Assembly: GCF_006345805.1 (NCBI RefSeq)
Contig: NC_042999.1
Span: 25,792,001-25,856,000, forward strand
DNA: 64,000 nucleotides
Direction: 5' to 3'
Origin: Octopus sinensis
Lineage: Eukaryota
The translations under genes and the position numbers were made by a program. The notes beneath the pieces were generated by a model, which was not told the DNA's origin, did no database searches, and saw only the letters and a list, made by a program, of their open reading frames with translations. This document shows positions 40,740 through 54,298 of the stretch, piece after piece (the stretch's first letter is position 1; each line of letters starts with the position of its first letter).

Positions 40740-41325
40740 CCCCAGAGGGCTCTCACTAAACAAATTGAAGGCATGGCTGCTCTCGACTATTGGGATCGCC
40801 TTAAAGCCTTGAAACGTTACTCCCTCCAGCGTCGCCGTGAGCGGTACATCATTTGTACGATGTGGAAAATATACCGCCAACTTTTCCCAAACGACCTAAA
40901 CATTAGCTTCAAGGTTCATCCGAGACTTGACCACGGGCTATACGTCCCCTGCCAAATTCAAGATCACAACATACATGTACACTGCAACATAATTTCTTTT
41001 CCTCAACAGGCCCTGCCCTATTTAACATTGTCCCGAGGGAGATCAAAGAGGAAAAGGATCCCATCAACTTCAAACAGAGTCTGGATAGATTCCTTCAAAG
41101 AATACCAGACAAGCCACCCATAATTGGATACAACTCACCCAACAAGAACTCACTACTTGAACAAAACTGGATACAACTCACCCAACAAGAACTCACTACT
41201 TGAACAAAACTTGACTTAAACAGGATTCGAATAATCCTATCAGGTGGTGCTATTAAGTTAGACATGGCCTGGACCAATCTCTGGTCGAAACATATCTAAG
41301 TTTTATCTAAGTTCTAAGTTTTATA
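39130..41325 (+). mobile_element. CR1-group LINE, 5'-truncated, young but disabled
   Basis: RT ORF plus frameshifted C-terminus (LDYWDRLKALKRYSLQRRRERY; GPALFN..P; FKQSLDRFL..IPD). 3' tail ctaagttttatctaagttctaagtttta. Exact 43-bp tandem duplication at 41125-41210. Confidence 0.9.
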
Positions 41326-41904
41326 TGTGTGTGTGTCTACATGCACTTAAGCATATTTATATATTTACATATATAATATATATGAATATGTACGTTTGTA
41401 TGTCATTTTAACTTAGTGTTCTCGATTATTATCAGACATTTTTCTGCGTTGTACTCTTGCAACCCAACCAAACACAACGCAAACATCATACACACTCACA
41501 GGCATAAGCTTATATAGAAGCCATGTGTATAAAGTAACGTTGATTTTCACGTCCTTATTATTATAGAAATAAATATATGAAATAAATAGAAATAAATATA
41601 TGTCTTTATGTACATTGTACGTGTTCTTCAGTTTTTCTCTAAAACCAAATGCAACAAATGTGCTCTATCATTATCTACATAATTCATTGCACTAACACAA
41701 ATGCATACATACATGCACATACAAATACTTACAAATATAATCATAATCGTATCTATCTACCTGTCGACTTCTCTCTCTCTCTCTCTCTTTGCGCATATCT
41801 ATATACATATTTAAGTTGCTGTTTCAGCATGGCCACAGTCAAATGACAGAAACAAGTATATATATATATATTATATATATATATTATATATATATATATA
41901 TATA

Positions 41905-42316
41905 TTCTGTTATTCTGTTACTTGTTTCAGTCATTTGACTGCGGCCATGCTGGAGCACCGCCTTTAATCGAGCAACTCGACCCTGGGACTTATTCTTTTG
42001 TAAGCCCAGTACTTATTCTATCGGTCTCTTTTGCCGAACCGCTAAGTAACGGGAACATAAACACACCAGCATCGGTTGTCAAGCAATGCTAGGCGGACAA
42101 ACACAGACACACAAACACATACATATATAAATATATAAATATATATATATATACGACAGGCTTCTTTCAGTTTCCCTCTACCAAATCCACTCACAAGGCA
42201 TTGGTCGGCCCGGGGCTATAGCAGAAGACACTTGCCCAAGGTGCCACGCAGTGGGACTGAACCCGGAACCATGTGGTTGGTTAGCAAGCTACTTACCACA
42301 CAGCCACTCCTGCGCC

Positions 42317-42317
<1 letters not shown>
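41905..42317 (-). mobile_element. Full-length tRNA-derived SINE family A
   Basis: Near-identical in reverse complement to 19033-19430, and co-linear with 12151-12562. Confidence 0.9.
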
Positions 42318-42389
<72 letters not shown>

Positions 42390-42711
42390 TAACGTGTCTG
42401 GTGAGAGTCATTCCCTTTTAGTGCCTTAATAATTAATACACCCAGCGGCTCGATTTCCACTCATTTACACAGTTATGTTTTTCTAAAACTTCCTTTGTGT
42501 ATTGAAATCTTTTCAGTTGTCGTTGACGAAAATAAATGAGTGAAATCGATTTGTTGAGTGTGTTAAGTGATAAGGCATTAAAAGAGAATGGGTATCCCTA
42601 GACACAATGAAATAGGCTTTCACACACGAATTCCCATAATCATGCAAACCAAATATAAAAACGATATATATATATATATATATATAATATATATATATAT
42701 ATATAATCATA

Positions 42712-42743
<32 letters not shown>

Positions 42744-42744
42744 G

Positions 42745-42952
42745 CAATTGCAGCGTGGAAGGTGTTTATAAGCCATTTAAGAAACACACAAAACCGTTAG
42801 ATTCATTTCAACATTTAAATTTAATTTGTCAAAATATTTTCGTCGCTTTGGGACCGAGACCTCTTTTGACAAATTAAATTTAAATGTTGAAGTGAATCTA
42901 ACGGTTTTGTGTGTTCTGAATTGGCTTATAAACACATTTCACGCTGCAATTG
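42745..42952. repeat. Fold-back element, ~90-bp arms, ~30-nt loop
   Basis: caattgcagcgtg.aa..tgtttataagcca...aaaccgttagattca.ttcaacatttaaatttaatttgtcaaaa / reverse complement. Flanked by (TA)n. Confidence 0.85.
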
Positions 42953-43009
42953 TTTTCGTTCCAACACACGATCTCAGATCAAGTCACTCGCTATGCAAGT
43001 ACATCTCCG

Positions 43010-43062
<53 letters not shown>

Positions 43063-43104
43063 TATATATATATATTATATATATAATATATATATATATA
43101 TATA

Positions 43105-43163
<59 letters not shown>

Positions 43164-43249
43164 TAATGAAATCAAAATAGACTCATTAGTATAATTTTAA
43201 CTAAAATCTCCAAGAATTTAAGGAGATAGACAGAGAACATGCTGTCTTC

Positions 43250-43520
43250 ACTTCAGCTTAGAAGCTACTAAGATATCGGGAAGAAAGTAATGGTTTACTA
43301 GTGACCTGCATCTTTAAGTGTCAGCTAACATCTTGGTTTAAGATTTCCTTTACCAAATCTCTTGATATTGTTTCACATAAATCTTGGTAGTTATTATGAC
43401 AATATCCGCTATGATTTCTGTCGCCTCTCTCAGCCTACATCCTAACAGGCATTCCTCCTTGCTCTTTTGGTCTTAGATATAAAAAGATTTGATAAACTAG
43501 TCTATAAATTAAAACTGACC
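43250..43520 (+). pseudogene. Possible ancient LINE RT relic
   Basis: YDFCR (cf. YGFR) followed at plausible spacing by LALLVLDIKRFDK (cf. xxFLDISKAFDK). Weak. Confidence 0.3.
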
Positions 43521-43810
43521 TCACAAAAGAGTGAGAAGCAAAAGATGTAACAAGTATTTCTTCCTGATACCTTAGTAGCCTGTTCTCTGTCTATCACTTT
43601 ACCTTCCTGGAGATTGTAGGTAAAATTATACTAAGGTGTCCATCTGTTTCCATTGAATTAAATTCTATGCTTTTATGCAGCTGAGGATTGCTCTGAACTT
43701 AAATGATTGCATTGTTCAAGTAAAAGGAGTTGCTTGAAACGATCGTATTGCATTACCTCTGGATATCTTTGTTGCTTATTTTTATTTTCCACACCGCATT
43801 TTAAAATGAT

Positions 43811-43861
<51 letters not shown>

Positions 43862-43964
43862 TATATATATGTATATATATGTATATATGTATATATGTGT
43901 ATATATATGTATATATATGTATGCATATATATATATATACATATATATATACATACATACATAC

Positions 43965-44000
<36 letters not shown>

Positions 44001-44792
44001 TATGTTCATATGTGCATCCGAACCCTGGCACACATATAAGTAATTATATTGCAAATATAATTACATACACATATGCCCGTCGTTGTGTGGAGCATGGAAG
44101 CGGCAGACGTGATGGTGTAATAACTTCCTGCACGTACATTACTGGGATTTCGCCTGGTGAATGGTCAGTAGAGGTCTTTGTCAGTGAAGAATGCAAGGTC
44201 ATCATTATATATGTATGTCATTATTAAGTTTTAATTCTTCCAATAGAGCAGGAGCCGCTTTCTAATCTAGATCCAAGGTTCCTTTAATGCAGTTTCAACA
44301 ACATCTGCAGAGTGTCCTTGTATATGTATATATGCACTGTATTTGGAGTCAGTGCATATGTTGATTGTATGTTTTTGTTTTATGTATGTATTCTCATGCA
44401 TATTGTTGCATGTGTAAACATGCGCATATATACTTACATTATAACTCTCTAGAAAGTTCTACAGATTTTTTTTACAGTTCCTCTGATGGCTTGTATTTGT
44501 AGTCTTTGAAACAGCTTTCTTCTTTCTGGTTTTGAGAAGCCTAATTTCTCAAGGGTTCGTACTTAGGCAGTGTGCTACATATTCCAGTATCACAATATTT
44601 ACAACTATAAACAAGCACTTTTAATATGGATAGAGTAAGTGTAACTTTCTCAATAGTTCAGTGTAGGTGTTTTCTTTTTTCACTGGCTTTTACCTTTATG
44701 TTAACAACCGAATGTATGTATATATGGATCTATTTGCATATCCCTATCTATCAATATATATATATATATATTGATAGATAAATAGGGATACG

Positions 44793-44893
44793 CAGCTAGA
44801 GGATATGTCCTCTTGGGGTTAAAAGATCGCATCAGAGTCCTCTCGAAAGGACAGATATGTTAGTTAAAGTGTTAAAGTGGCTACGAATATTAC
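44793..44893 (+). repeat. Partial second copy of the structured element at 45365-45600
   Basis: cagctagagga.atgtcctcttggggttaaaa...gagtcc.ctcgaaaggacag...gtggctacgaatattac is shared with 45509-45597. Confidence 0.85.
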
Positions 44894-45364
44894 TTGTCAG
44901 TACAACTACTGCCTTGGGCTCTTAGATAAATTTTAGAACTAGCATTTTTGCTTGTTGCAAAATCAGCGATTGCGTGTCCGCTTGAAATATATATATATAT
45001 ATATATATATAATAATATATATATATAATATATATATATATTATATATATATATATATAAATATATAAATAAATGAAAGAATGGAGTCGAACGATGATTT
45101 AACAAAATTCCTTTATTCTCGACATATGTTTCGAAGACTGCATATTCCTATTTATAAGGAATACAACTGCATATTTATTTATAGTAAAAAAAAACACCCA
45201 AATTTCCAACCCGAAAGCACGTGATCTCTGCCCTTGGCATGTAGCTTAAGCCGTGTTTTCTGACGTGAATTTGCTACCCGGGTATCGGTTAACCGAATTA
45301 TCCATACTAAAGATAATTCATTCAACTATTTAAATATTCTTATATATATATATATATATATATA

Positions 45365-45597
45365 TCTCTAGCAGACGAGGTGTGCAGTACTGAGGAGTGA
45401 CAAATTTTGTCCGAAACCAGGAATGTTTTACTGGTCCCATCGCTAGGAGATGCTAGGGGTTCGCTCCCCTGCTCGCTATTTTATCGGATGCAGCAATGCA
45501 TCGTGAACCAGCTAGAGGAGATGTCCTCTTGGGGTTAAAAATTCGCATTAGAGTCCGCTCGAAAGGACAGCCATGTTAAGGTGGCTACGAATATTAC

Positions 45598-45600
<3 letters not shown>
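45365..45600 (+). ncRNA. ORF-less multi-hairpin element with a hammerhead core (retrozyme-like candidate)
   Basis: CTGAGGA (45390-45396); stem II G(T)GACAA/TTGTCC; GAAA (45413-45416); stem III CCAG/CTGG; GTC (45434-45436). Five further hairpins follow. Proximal stem I is unpaired. Confidence 0.55.
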
Positions 45601-45657
<57 letters not shown>

Positions 45658-45673
45658 ATATGTATATATATAT

Positions 45674-45870
45674 TTAATCCAAACCTGAAAACACAAAGAG
45701 AAAACACAACAACGTGAGGATGTGGAACAAATATAGTATTATCGGACGCTCAGGAAAGAAGGAGGGTTCAACGTCTCGAGCGGAGCTCTTCATCAGAAAC
45801 ATAGGAAAAGGAAAAATCCAAAGAAAGGAAGACGGAGGAAAAAATCGCCAACGGTACGCACGCGGTCGTA
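45674..45870 (-). repeat. PLE-like terminal repeat with a near-intact hammerhead
   Basis: Minus strand: tgttt-CTGATGA-aGAGC tcc GCTC-GAGA-CGTT-gaacc. One core substitution (GAAA>GAGA). Confidence 0.6.
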
Positions 45871-45903
45871 TATATATGTATATATATATATATATGTTAT
45901 ATA

Positions 45904-46012
<109 letters not shown>

Positions 46013-46429
46013 GTACCCACACGCCAAACTTCACAATCAGATTGGTAGTTAGATGATAAATAGATATAGAGAAAAGGGTATATATTAATAGCTTTATATC
46101 TACTTTTATTCTTTTGATAGTCTTGATTTAGTGTTGTTTACCTGGTAATATTTATTTTTCCAGCGTTGTAATGATAATTTACATAGCGAATTCCATCATG
46201 ACAACAAATTTCCCATGTTTTCAATTAAATACATAAATTTTCTCATTGGTGGACTGTTTGCAAATGTCGTTTATTGAATCTCAATTTTTCCTTTTTCACT
46301 TTTATGAATAATTCTCTAAAATCATATCAAATATTCTCCCAAAGAATATATCTCATTCTTAGATGCTGTGGTAACTGACCGTTATATCAGTATTCTATCT
46401 AATCCGGCAACGTAAAAAGTGCCTGCGAT

Positions 46430-46880
46430 GTACTCGAATATAATTAGCTATACCCATTTCTGGTTGAATTTCGTTTGCCTTTTGCAACTTCTGACTATCA
46501 GCAAAACCTTTTCTCGCTAGAAATATCGTCTACATCTTGCTTAAATTACTTCACTACTCCTAAAAACGCTTACAATTAAGGATATAGCTCATGTTAGTTT
46601 CTTTAGGTCAATTCTCTACTTCTCCGCACTCTGACGTTTTTTGTCTCTTGCGATACTACGGACATCTGATTAGAATGTCAAACCGATGAGTCACAAACGG
46701 ATTCTCCAAACCAGGTCAAGTGGCAGGAGGTCTAGTGGTAGATCAACAACGAGATCTTTGGGTAACATCCATAGTCTTAGCTGGTCACGCTTGAGAATCC
46801 ATCCAGATAATCTACTGACGGTTGCTTCTGATAAAATACTATGAAGATGGTGTCTACACGATTCTACTCGTAAGGCCATC
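46430..46880 (+). pseudogene. RTE-type LINE 3' relic
   Basis: RYYGHLIRMSNR*VT..RILQTRSSGRRSSGRSTTR (cf. LRWFGHLxRM..R..K.I....G.R..GRP..RW). Confidence 0.7.
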
Positions 46881-47373
46881 ACTTTGAAGAATGGACGAAG
46901 TCAGATGGATGGTTTGTAGAAGTCTATGATTCAAATAAGATCCGTTTGGTTATGGTAAGAAGAAAATAGTTCCGTTCAAATTGTAAAACAACACCGACAG
47001 CAACGAAAACGAAAGCTGCAAACATTTCCTCAATTTGTCCAAAACAAATTTCATGTCTCAGCTGGAAATTTCATGAAATCAACCTATCAAAATTTCTCTT
47101 CAGTTAGCCACCAATTACTTAATTGTTTTAGTAGATATAGGCGATATCTACTCTTGACCTAAGAGAACGCCGAATAAGTTTCAACGTGAGGGTGATACTA
47201 ATTTTAAACTGACTGACTGGGGCTCGTAAACTGAAGTACATTGCTCAAAAGAACAACAGGATTGGCAGCAAAAAGCCATTGAATCTACGGCTGTATAATC
47301 ACGAATAGAACGTAGTCTAAGTTTAACAACGTATCCTGTATGATTTTTCTTCCTGTTGGCACAAAGCACGATA

Positions 47374-47530
47374 AATTGTGGGAGACGCTGCTTGATTACA
47401 GCAACCCCCTAGTGTTCCATCGGTACTTGATTTATAAACCCCGGAAGGAATTAAAGTTAAAACAGACTCCAACGGAAATTTAACTAAGGACTTAAAGACG
47501 AAAGAAATGCCGCGAAGTAAACACATTTAA
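47374..47530 (-). mobile_element. SINE family B remnant
   Basis: Decayed similarity to 5498-5715 (ggtacttgattta..aaccccggaagga...gacgaaagaaatgccgc). Confidence 0.45.
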
Positions 47531-48356
47531 TGTAATGTAGAAGTAATATTGGATATGTTTGTGAAATATACTGCATCGTTATATTGTAGAGTGAAATGAT
47601 GATGCCAATGCCTTGAGGTTTAAGCGATTGAGTAGATATACTAGGTTACGACTCACGTTTCCATTTCAAATATCAGTGATACGTTTCATGTACGTTATTG
47701 TAAATAAGTGTAAGACAAAAGAAGTATCTGAGTTGCTGCTGAGTAATACGAGTGCATGCGGTTTTCGTTGTTGTTTCTTTAAATTCTTTTAAGTTCAGAT
47801 TGCATATTGATGCATTCTTTCACAAGCCCATTACTCCTCAAGGTATTCAGATGTAATTTGCTACAGATACAGCTGTAATGAATATCAGTAATACAACCAG
47901 TTAAAGACTTCAGCTCATCACTTCTCTTGTGTATTTAACATCTAATCTCTTACAATGGTTTCTCACCATGTGTTAGACATATATACTCAATGGCGATACT
48001 ATGGAGCAATAGTGATTCGATAGTGACAGGATTATTTAGTAGGCCAATTTATTCATTAATGTCAGGAGAATCAATTTCGTCATGTATATATACACACACA
48101 TATATCTTTGGATGAAATAATTTATTTGAAGAATTAGATAACGGGCAACCATTTTGTTTTATCTTTTTAAATATAGAATGTTAATCTTCGATAAAAGTAC
48201 AAAGCCACACTCTAATAGTCTTATTGACAAATTAATAAATGAGTACATTATCGGAATTATCGACTTCGCATATAACTAGGTCACGCGACTGCTAACATGG
48301 CCGCAGTCAAATGACTGATACAATTAAAGGAATAAAAGGAATAAAAGAATATATAC

Positions 48357-48387
<31 letters not shown>

Positions 48388-48538
48388 ATATTATATATAT
48401 ATATATATACATATATATATTATATATATATATATACATATATATATATAGATATATATATATATATTATATATATATATATATATAATATATATATATG
48501 TATGTATGTATGTATGTATGCATGTATGTATGTATATA

Positions 48539-48575
<37 letters not shown>

Positions 48576-48584
48576 ATATATATA

Positions 48585-48625
<41 letters not shown>

Positions 48626-49929
48626 ATCACCATGTTTCCTGCAACGTAAACACTTCGTAGTGTACCAGGAAATAATTCTTATCTATCTTTTCTTTGTAGA
48701 GTTGAACAACCTGTGAAGTTAATGTTTAAAAAATATGGCGTATTTTTCACTGAAACTTTAATACCTCCGCACATCCATAGCTATTTATAGCACTGTAATG
48801 AATGCCGCTTGAGTTTTATTAACATAAAACACCTTGTATGAACTACCTGTAGTATTTTCTTGAAATTCAGATTCATGCATTATGTAGAGAAAGGTTCTTC
48901 TGAAACGTAATACTGAAAAGAGACATTGCTGCTGGGCGTATTAAGCCTCGTATGCAATCAACAAGTTAATTAATATCCAAATATCAATGTAATATTTACG
49001 ATTTAATTCAAACTCCGCTTCTCGACTTGCCAATGGATATTTCATTAGTCTTACCTGCAAGTATAGGAAAATATCACATTAGAATATAACAAAACATATA
49101 TTTATCTGATATATTATTATTGCCAATGGTAACAGATAAATGAAGTGAACCTTTTGCAAAAAATAAACTGCTTAATAGACATAGTTATTGTTTGTGATGG
49201 CAGAACGAGGAATACTCCATTGGGAGTTTGAAACACAGCTGAAAACTTGTCCATTTAATCTAAGCAAAACCTGGTCTTCCTGAAAACATATTCTAAGAAT
49301 TATAACTGCGTAATGTAAACTAAATTCCTATCAGTTTAACAATCGTAAATTTGTCGTGCTTTGAGACATTTATTTTCACCTGAACAGATTTGTTTAGCAT
49401 GATAATAAACTATCTAAGTATTCAATGAAGATTCGTTGCTGGATTAAACATTGTGTGTGAAAATATGGTCGATTGAATATTCAGCTGGTTTTCTATCATA
49501 CTTTCCAGTCAAACTTCCGTAACTGTTCAACATTATGTTTAAAATTATTGTAGAGCATCGAAATAGGCGATGCTTGCTTGAAATATGTAAATAAAGAAGT
49601 AACTTTATTGCAAGTGACAGTTGAATTTGCATAAAACCTCAATATAAAACAAAAAATTTGAGTCATTTAGACCTTAAGTATAAAGAAGGAAAAGTCGGAC
49701 ACGATTAATTTCAATGTAATTTGATATTGATAGTAGTTTGAATTTCAGCTTCAGATTATAAAAAAAAAAAGATTTAAAAAATAGCTAGAAACCGAACAAT
49801 ATAACCCAAAAAAGAATTTATTCCAATTCGACTTCCTACGTATATAATTCCGATGTTCAGTTTTATATATTCTATACTTCCTGCACGTACACAAACACAT
49901 ACACACACACATACACACACACTCATACA

Positions 49930-49983
<54 letters not shown>

Positions 49984-50111
49984 GTATGTATGTCTGTATA
50001 TATACATGCATATAAATACACGCATATATATGTGTGTATGCGTACTATAGGCGTTTTCTATGCCCAGCTTATCTAGGTCTCACATATTGCCTGTATATAT
50101 ATATATATATA

Positions 50112-50179
<68 letters not shown>

Positions 50180-50714
50180 ATACATACATACATACATGCA
50201 TACATACATACATATATACATACATACATGTATATATATAATATATATATATATATATTATATATATATATATATATATACACATATATATAATACCTGT
50301 ATAAAGATAGAGAATGAATTCCTTCCCTAAATTCACCGGAAAAGGTCTAATATACATATTCATATGATCATTCATTTGTACACCATGGTGCCGTCAATAT
50401 CAGATGTCCAAGCGCAGATGACCTTTTAGAAATCTTCATTTAAAACTTCGCTGACTCTTCCAGCCCAAGTCAGTATCTCGTGTATTTGATCTGTTATGTA
50501 CAGATCAAATATACACAGCCGAATTACTTTTAGCTCCTCATTTAGCGTAACAGAGACCAGAATACAAAATGCATCTTACATCTTATGGAATATCACTTTC
50601 ACGTTCATGGGCGGTATTGATAACTGCACCAACGCCGATACCAACACAAGCAGTTCTACGAAATGTATAAGTTATTTAAGATGAAGTGACAACTTTTCAC
50701 ACATCAATTGGTCA

Positions 50715-50938
50715 TCTTTATATATAAAAGTGAGTTTGTGTGCTGCCTGTCTCCTACGATTTAGATTCCTAACTACTCCCACATTTATTATTAAATCTCA
50801 TAACGTAAAAAGCTACAGTAACACCTCCCCTTCTTTGTGGTTAGCCATATTGAGATGGCTATTATATTTTACATCTCTAAAAATGCTTATATAGTTATTT
50901 CCCTTAGAAACCCGAGCAACGCCGGGCGATACTGCTAG
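50715..50938 (+). mobile_element. Non-autonomous Helitron (224 bp)
   Basis: Inserted at A^T (50714/50939). 5' TCtttatatataaaag; 3' hairpin cccgagcaacgccggg, 8 nt, then CTAG. Confidence 0.85.
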
Positions 50939-53789
50939 TTACTTATAAATCAAGATCTACTTCACCCCTTTGCAAAACGCCGCGATATCCATTCTGTTGC
51001 CTATATGCTTTAACTTTTTTACGGCAAAGGAGGTGCAGAAACGTGCATTTCTTTAAAACAAATATGATTATTACAGACTATTACAGAGAGCAAGTGTTCT
51101 TGAAACTCTCGGACGCTAATAATAACATAAAAAAACCCCGACTCTATCAATGGTGAGTTCTCGTAACGGATACGACTGACGATATTCATCTTAAGGACAT
51201 TTTGAAATGACAGTGTGTAAACATTTTCCTAGTTTTTTCTCAGATGTCTTTGAGAGACTGGTCACCCTTAACATTATTAAAGTAGTCAACCGTTCACTTA
51301 TTAAAATTTATCGATGATGTTGCTGGAGAGCACTGGAATCATGTGATTTTAAATGATAGGCAATTAATAATTTGTATATACAATTGCTATTGCTCTTAGT
51401 GAACACCGGCGAAAAACCGGTGGTGCACGAGCTAATGAAATTACAAAAGGACAGCAACCCTCATGATAAGAGAGCTTTAACAAAATATCAACATCTGGCT
51501 CGACATATTTGATGGTTAACGATGAGAACAAAATGAAAGGTGACTCACAATTTCACATCTCACAAACTACATTTTATAGGAAAATATCAAACACGTCGGT
51601 GACCCTTCATATCAAGTTCTTGAGGGAAAGCTGATTAATATAAATTACGAACACAGAGTTCTGAGGAAAATCTTCGTTTGCGTACATAACTTTTTCAGCA
51701 CACCATTATAACTCAAAATTTTGCTTGAAACTCACGAAAATATACTGAGTGTTCAAGGAGAAAAAAACAACAAAAACATCGTTATGAAAGCCCGTTCCTG
51801 AATCATTCAAGACAAAAAAAGACACTTCCACCAGAATGTATCGTGACTAAATAAACATAGGAATGAATAATATTCCACCTCTAGCATATATAAAATCAAT
51901 CCTGTCAACCCTGGAACATTTATCATAGTTATAGGCAAACTATATCGTGTGAAGATACCGAGAAGAGATATAAGAGAAAGATGTTGGTACAAGTAACTGG
52001 GCTTCTGCATAAAGCCATTAGTGTTTATTTTAAAGAACTATCGAACACCAGATTGACATAACGAATAGACACAGATGCATCTTCTAGCCAAGAATGATTT
52101 CGTCGTATTGGTATAAATGTACAGGCCGATTTCTTGCATAAACTTTATATACAAGCTGTACACAGTTTGTCTTCCTCTAGATTCATTGCATGTCCCACAA
52201 CATACATACTGATGGGTAGGCGGGCGGAAAGAAAGGAGTGTGGGGTTGTGCTGAACGATATTTGATAAACAAAAGTGTTATCCGAAGTATGAAAGCCCAC
52301 AGAAACCTTGTGACAGTGTGGTATCATTATCGGAAAGAATTCAGCTCTATTCTCATTCATGTTTGCTGAACATCTGCACTTTGAATACGATTCTGTTACT
52401 TTAGTCACTGCCATTTAGAGACTCATTAAATCCTGGGCATTTATTCTCACACTTACATTTCAGATTGGAACTATCGTCATCGATGTTATAAATGTAAAAA
52501 TGGAATATTCGAAGAAGGTACTTCTGCTTATTTTCGCATTAAATCCGTTATCATTTCGTATATAACCTTTCAATAGCTATATGCTAGGGTTTGAACAGTT
52601 GAAGATACCAATGCAACTCATATTTTCGTAGTGAATGCCCTTTGTGTAAGATGTTTACAATATTGAACGTAAACGACCAGTCTCCCAAATCACAAACTGC
52701 GCATTGGGATTCTCCCTATTTCTCTTGTTTCTTTAGACATTGATGAAAATTTATCATACCATTGTGATGAGGACAACAATAGAGTGATCCGAGAATAATA
52801 CATCAAACTTAGAAAAATAAACCAGTCGGCGCTTTCCTCTTACAACAAGATATTATCCAACAAGATATTTGCAGAAGCAGTACTAATAACAACATTCGGT
52901 ATATTTAACTAGTCTGTAGAGAAATTCACTCCGTCACGTTAGGCATTAAAACTCATTAGATCCTGACATTCAGTGGCAACTGCGTCAAAAACAGTGATAT
53001 ATCATCTGTCAGATAGCAGTTGCTAAACAACAGCAATTAAAATTTAAATGATACTGAAAAGGAAAGAGAATAACATACTGCGGATACCTCAAGATGTTCT
53101 TTATTTCCTGATAACCTCTCATATAACCCACAAATTGCAGAACAAATATACTTTAAATGTGACATGCATGGGAAATTCTCAGCATGGAAAAATCAAAACA
53201 AAATAAAACAAAAAGCAAAGACAAAACAAAAACTGCAATCATATTTTCTCAAGATGGCAATAATATTGACATGAAGTGTTGCCTTTCTTGGAATCGCGAC
53301 CGCTACTTACCGAAATCCAACAACATATGATTGCTACAAAATACCTCATAAACAAAAGAATAAAAACATTGATGTCCTTGGAGATTGAAAAGGCAACCAA
53401 AATTGTCGATTACGATACATTTATGCTTCAATATAAATGTGCTTAGCAGACCCAAAACGTCATCAATGTATCACCTTCCAGTGTCACTTGTTGGTGTTCC
53501 GACAACAATAAACTAAAAGAAAAACTATACTGGTATAAATATATTGAATTTACCTGTTAGTGAAAGCATTCATAAATGTCAACACAAGGGATATTAGTAG
53601 GAAATTACCAATAAAACTTATACGAAGCACAAATAGAACAAGCTGGATGTCGCTACGTGGAGCAGACAAGAAATGTACGTACAGTTATAAAGCTTACTTG
53701 TCATTCTGTTGTGAATATTGCCTCAAATATTTAAGAGAAAGTATATAAATATAGGCAAATGTTTTGAAACCCTCATCGTCCAGAAGATA

Positions 53790-53960
53790 AATTGGTTATA
53801 AAATTTGGCACAAGCCCATCAATTTCGGGGAAGACGATAACATCGACCCCAGTACTCAATCGGTACTTATTTTTATAGACACTGAAATTATGAAAGGCAA
53901 ATTGAGGACGGACGAAATGTTACTCAGCGTTTTTCCCCGGCATACTAATGATTCGGTCAA
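53790..53960 (-). mobile_element. SINE family B remnant
   Basis: ttggcacaagccc..caatttcgggg...atcgaccccagtactcaa.cggtacttatttta. Confidence 0.55.
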
Positions 53961-54298
53961 CTCGCCAATTATAAACTTGCATGAATATATCGGTTCACTT
54001 AGTGACGTTAGTATATGCATATATCACAATCTGGATAAGAAAAGAAACCAAGCACGCTAATACGCACGTTGAAAGTACACAACGAAAGTGGGACAGTAAG
54101 AATGCAATAACTTCCACATGTCTAAAATGTGAAACTGATTTCCTTATGTATAAATCAACGCCGAACCGCTTCCATATATGTATATATATATATCCGTAAT
54201 AATGAAGGGTGAAATTAATTAATTTGGAATAATTATCAATTACACCAAGTAGTCTTCGGCATGTAAAAGCCTCATTCGAGGAAAATTTAAGTAATACT

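Noticed and set aside
42826-42872. Hammerhead-like remnant in the palindrome loop (minus strand gcgacGAAAatattttgac)
   Set aside because: The CUGANGA core is absent and stem II is broken; a relic at best.
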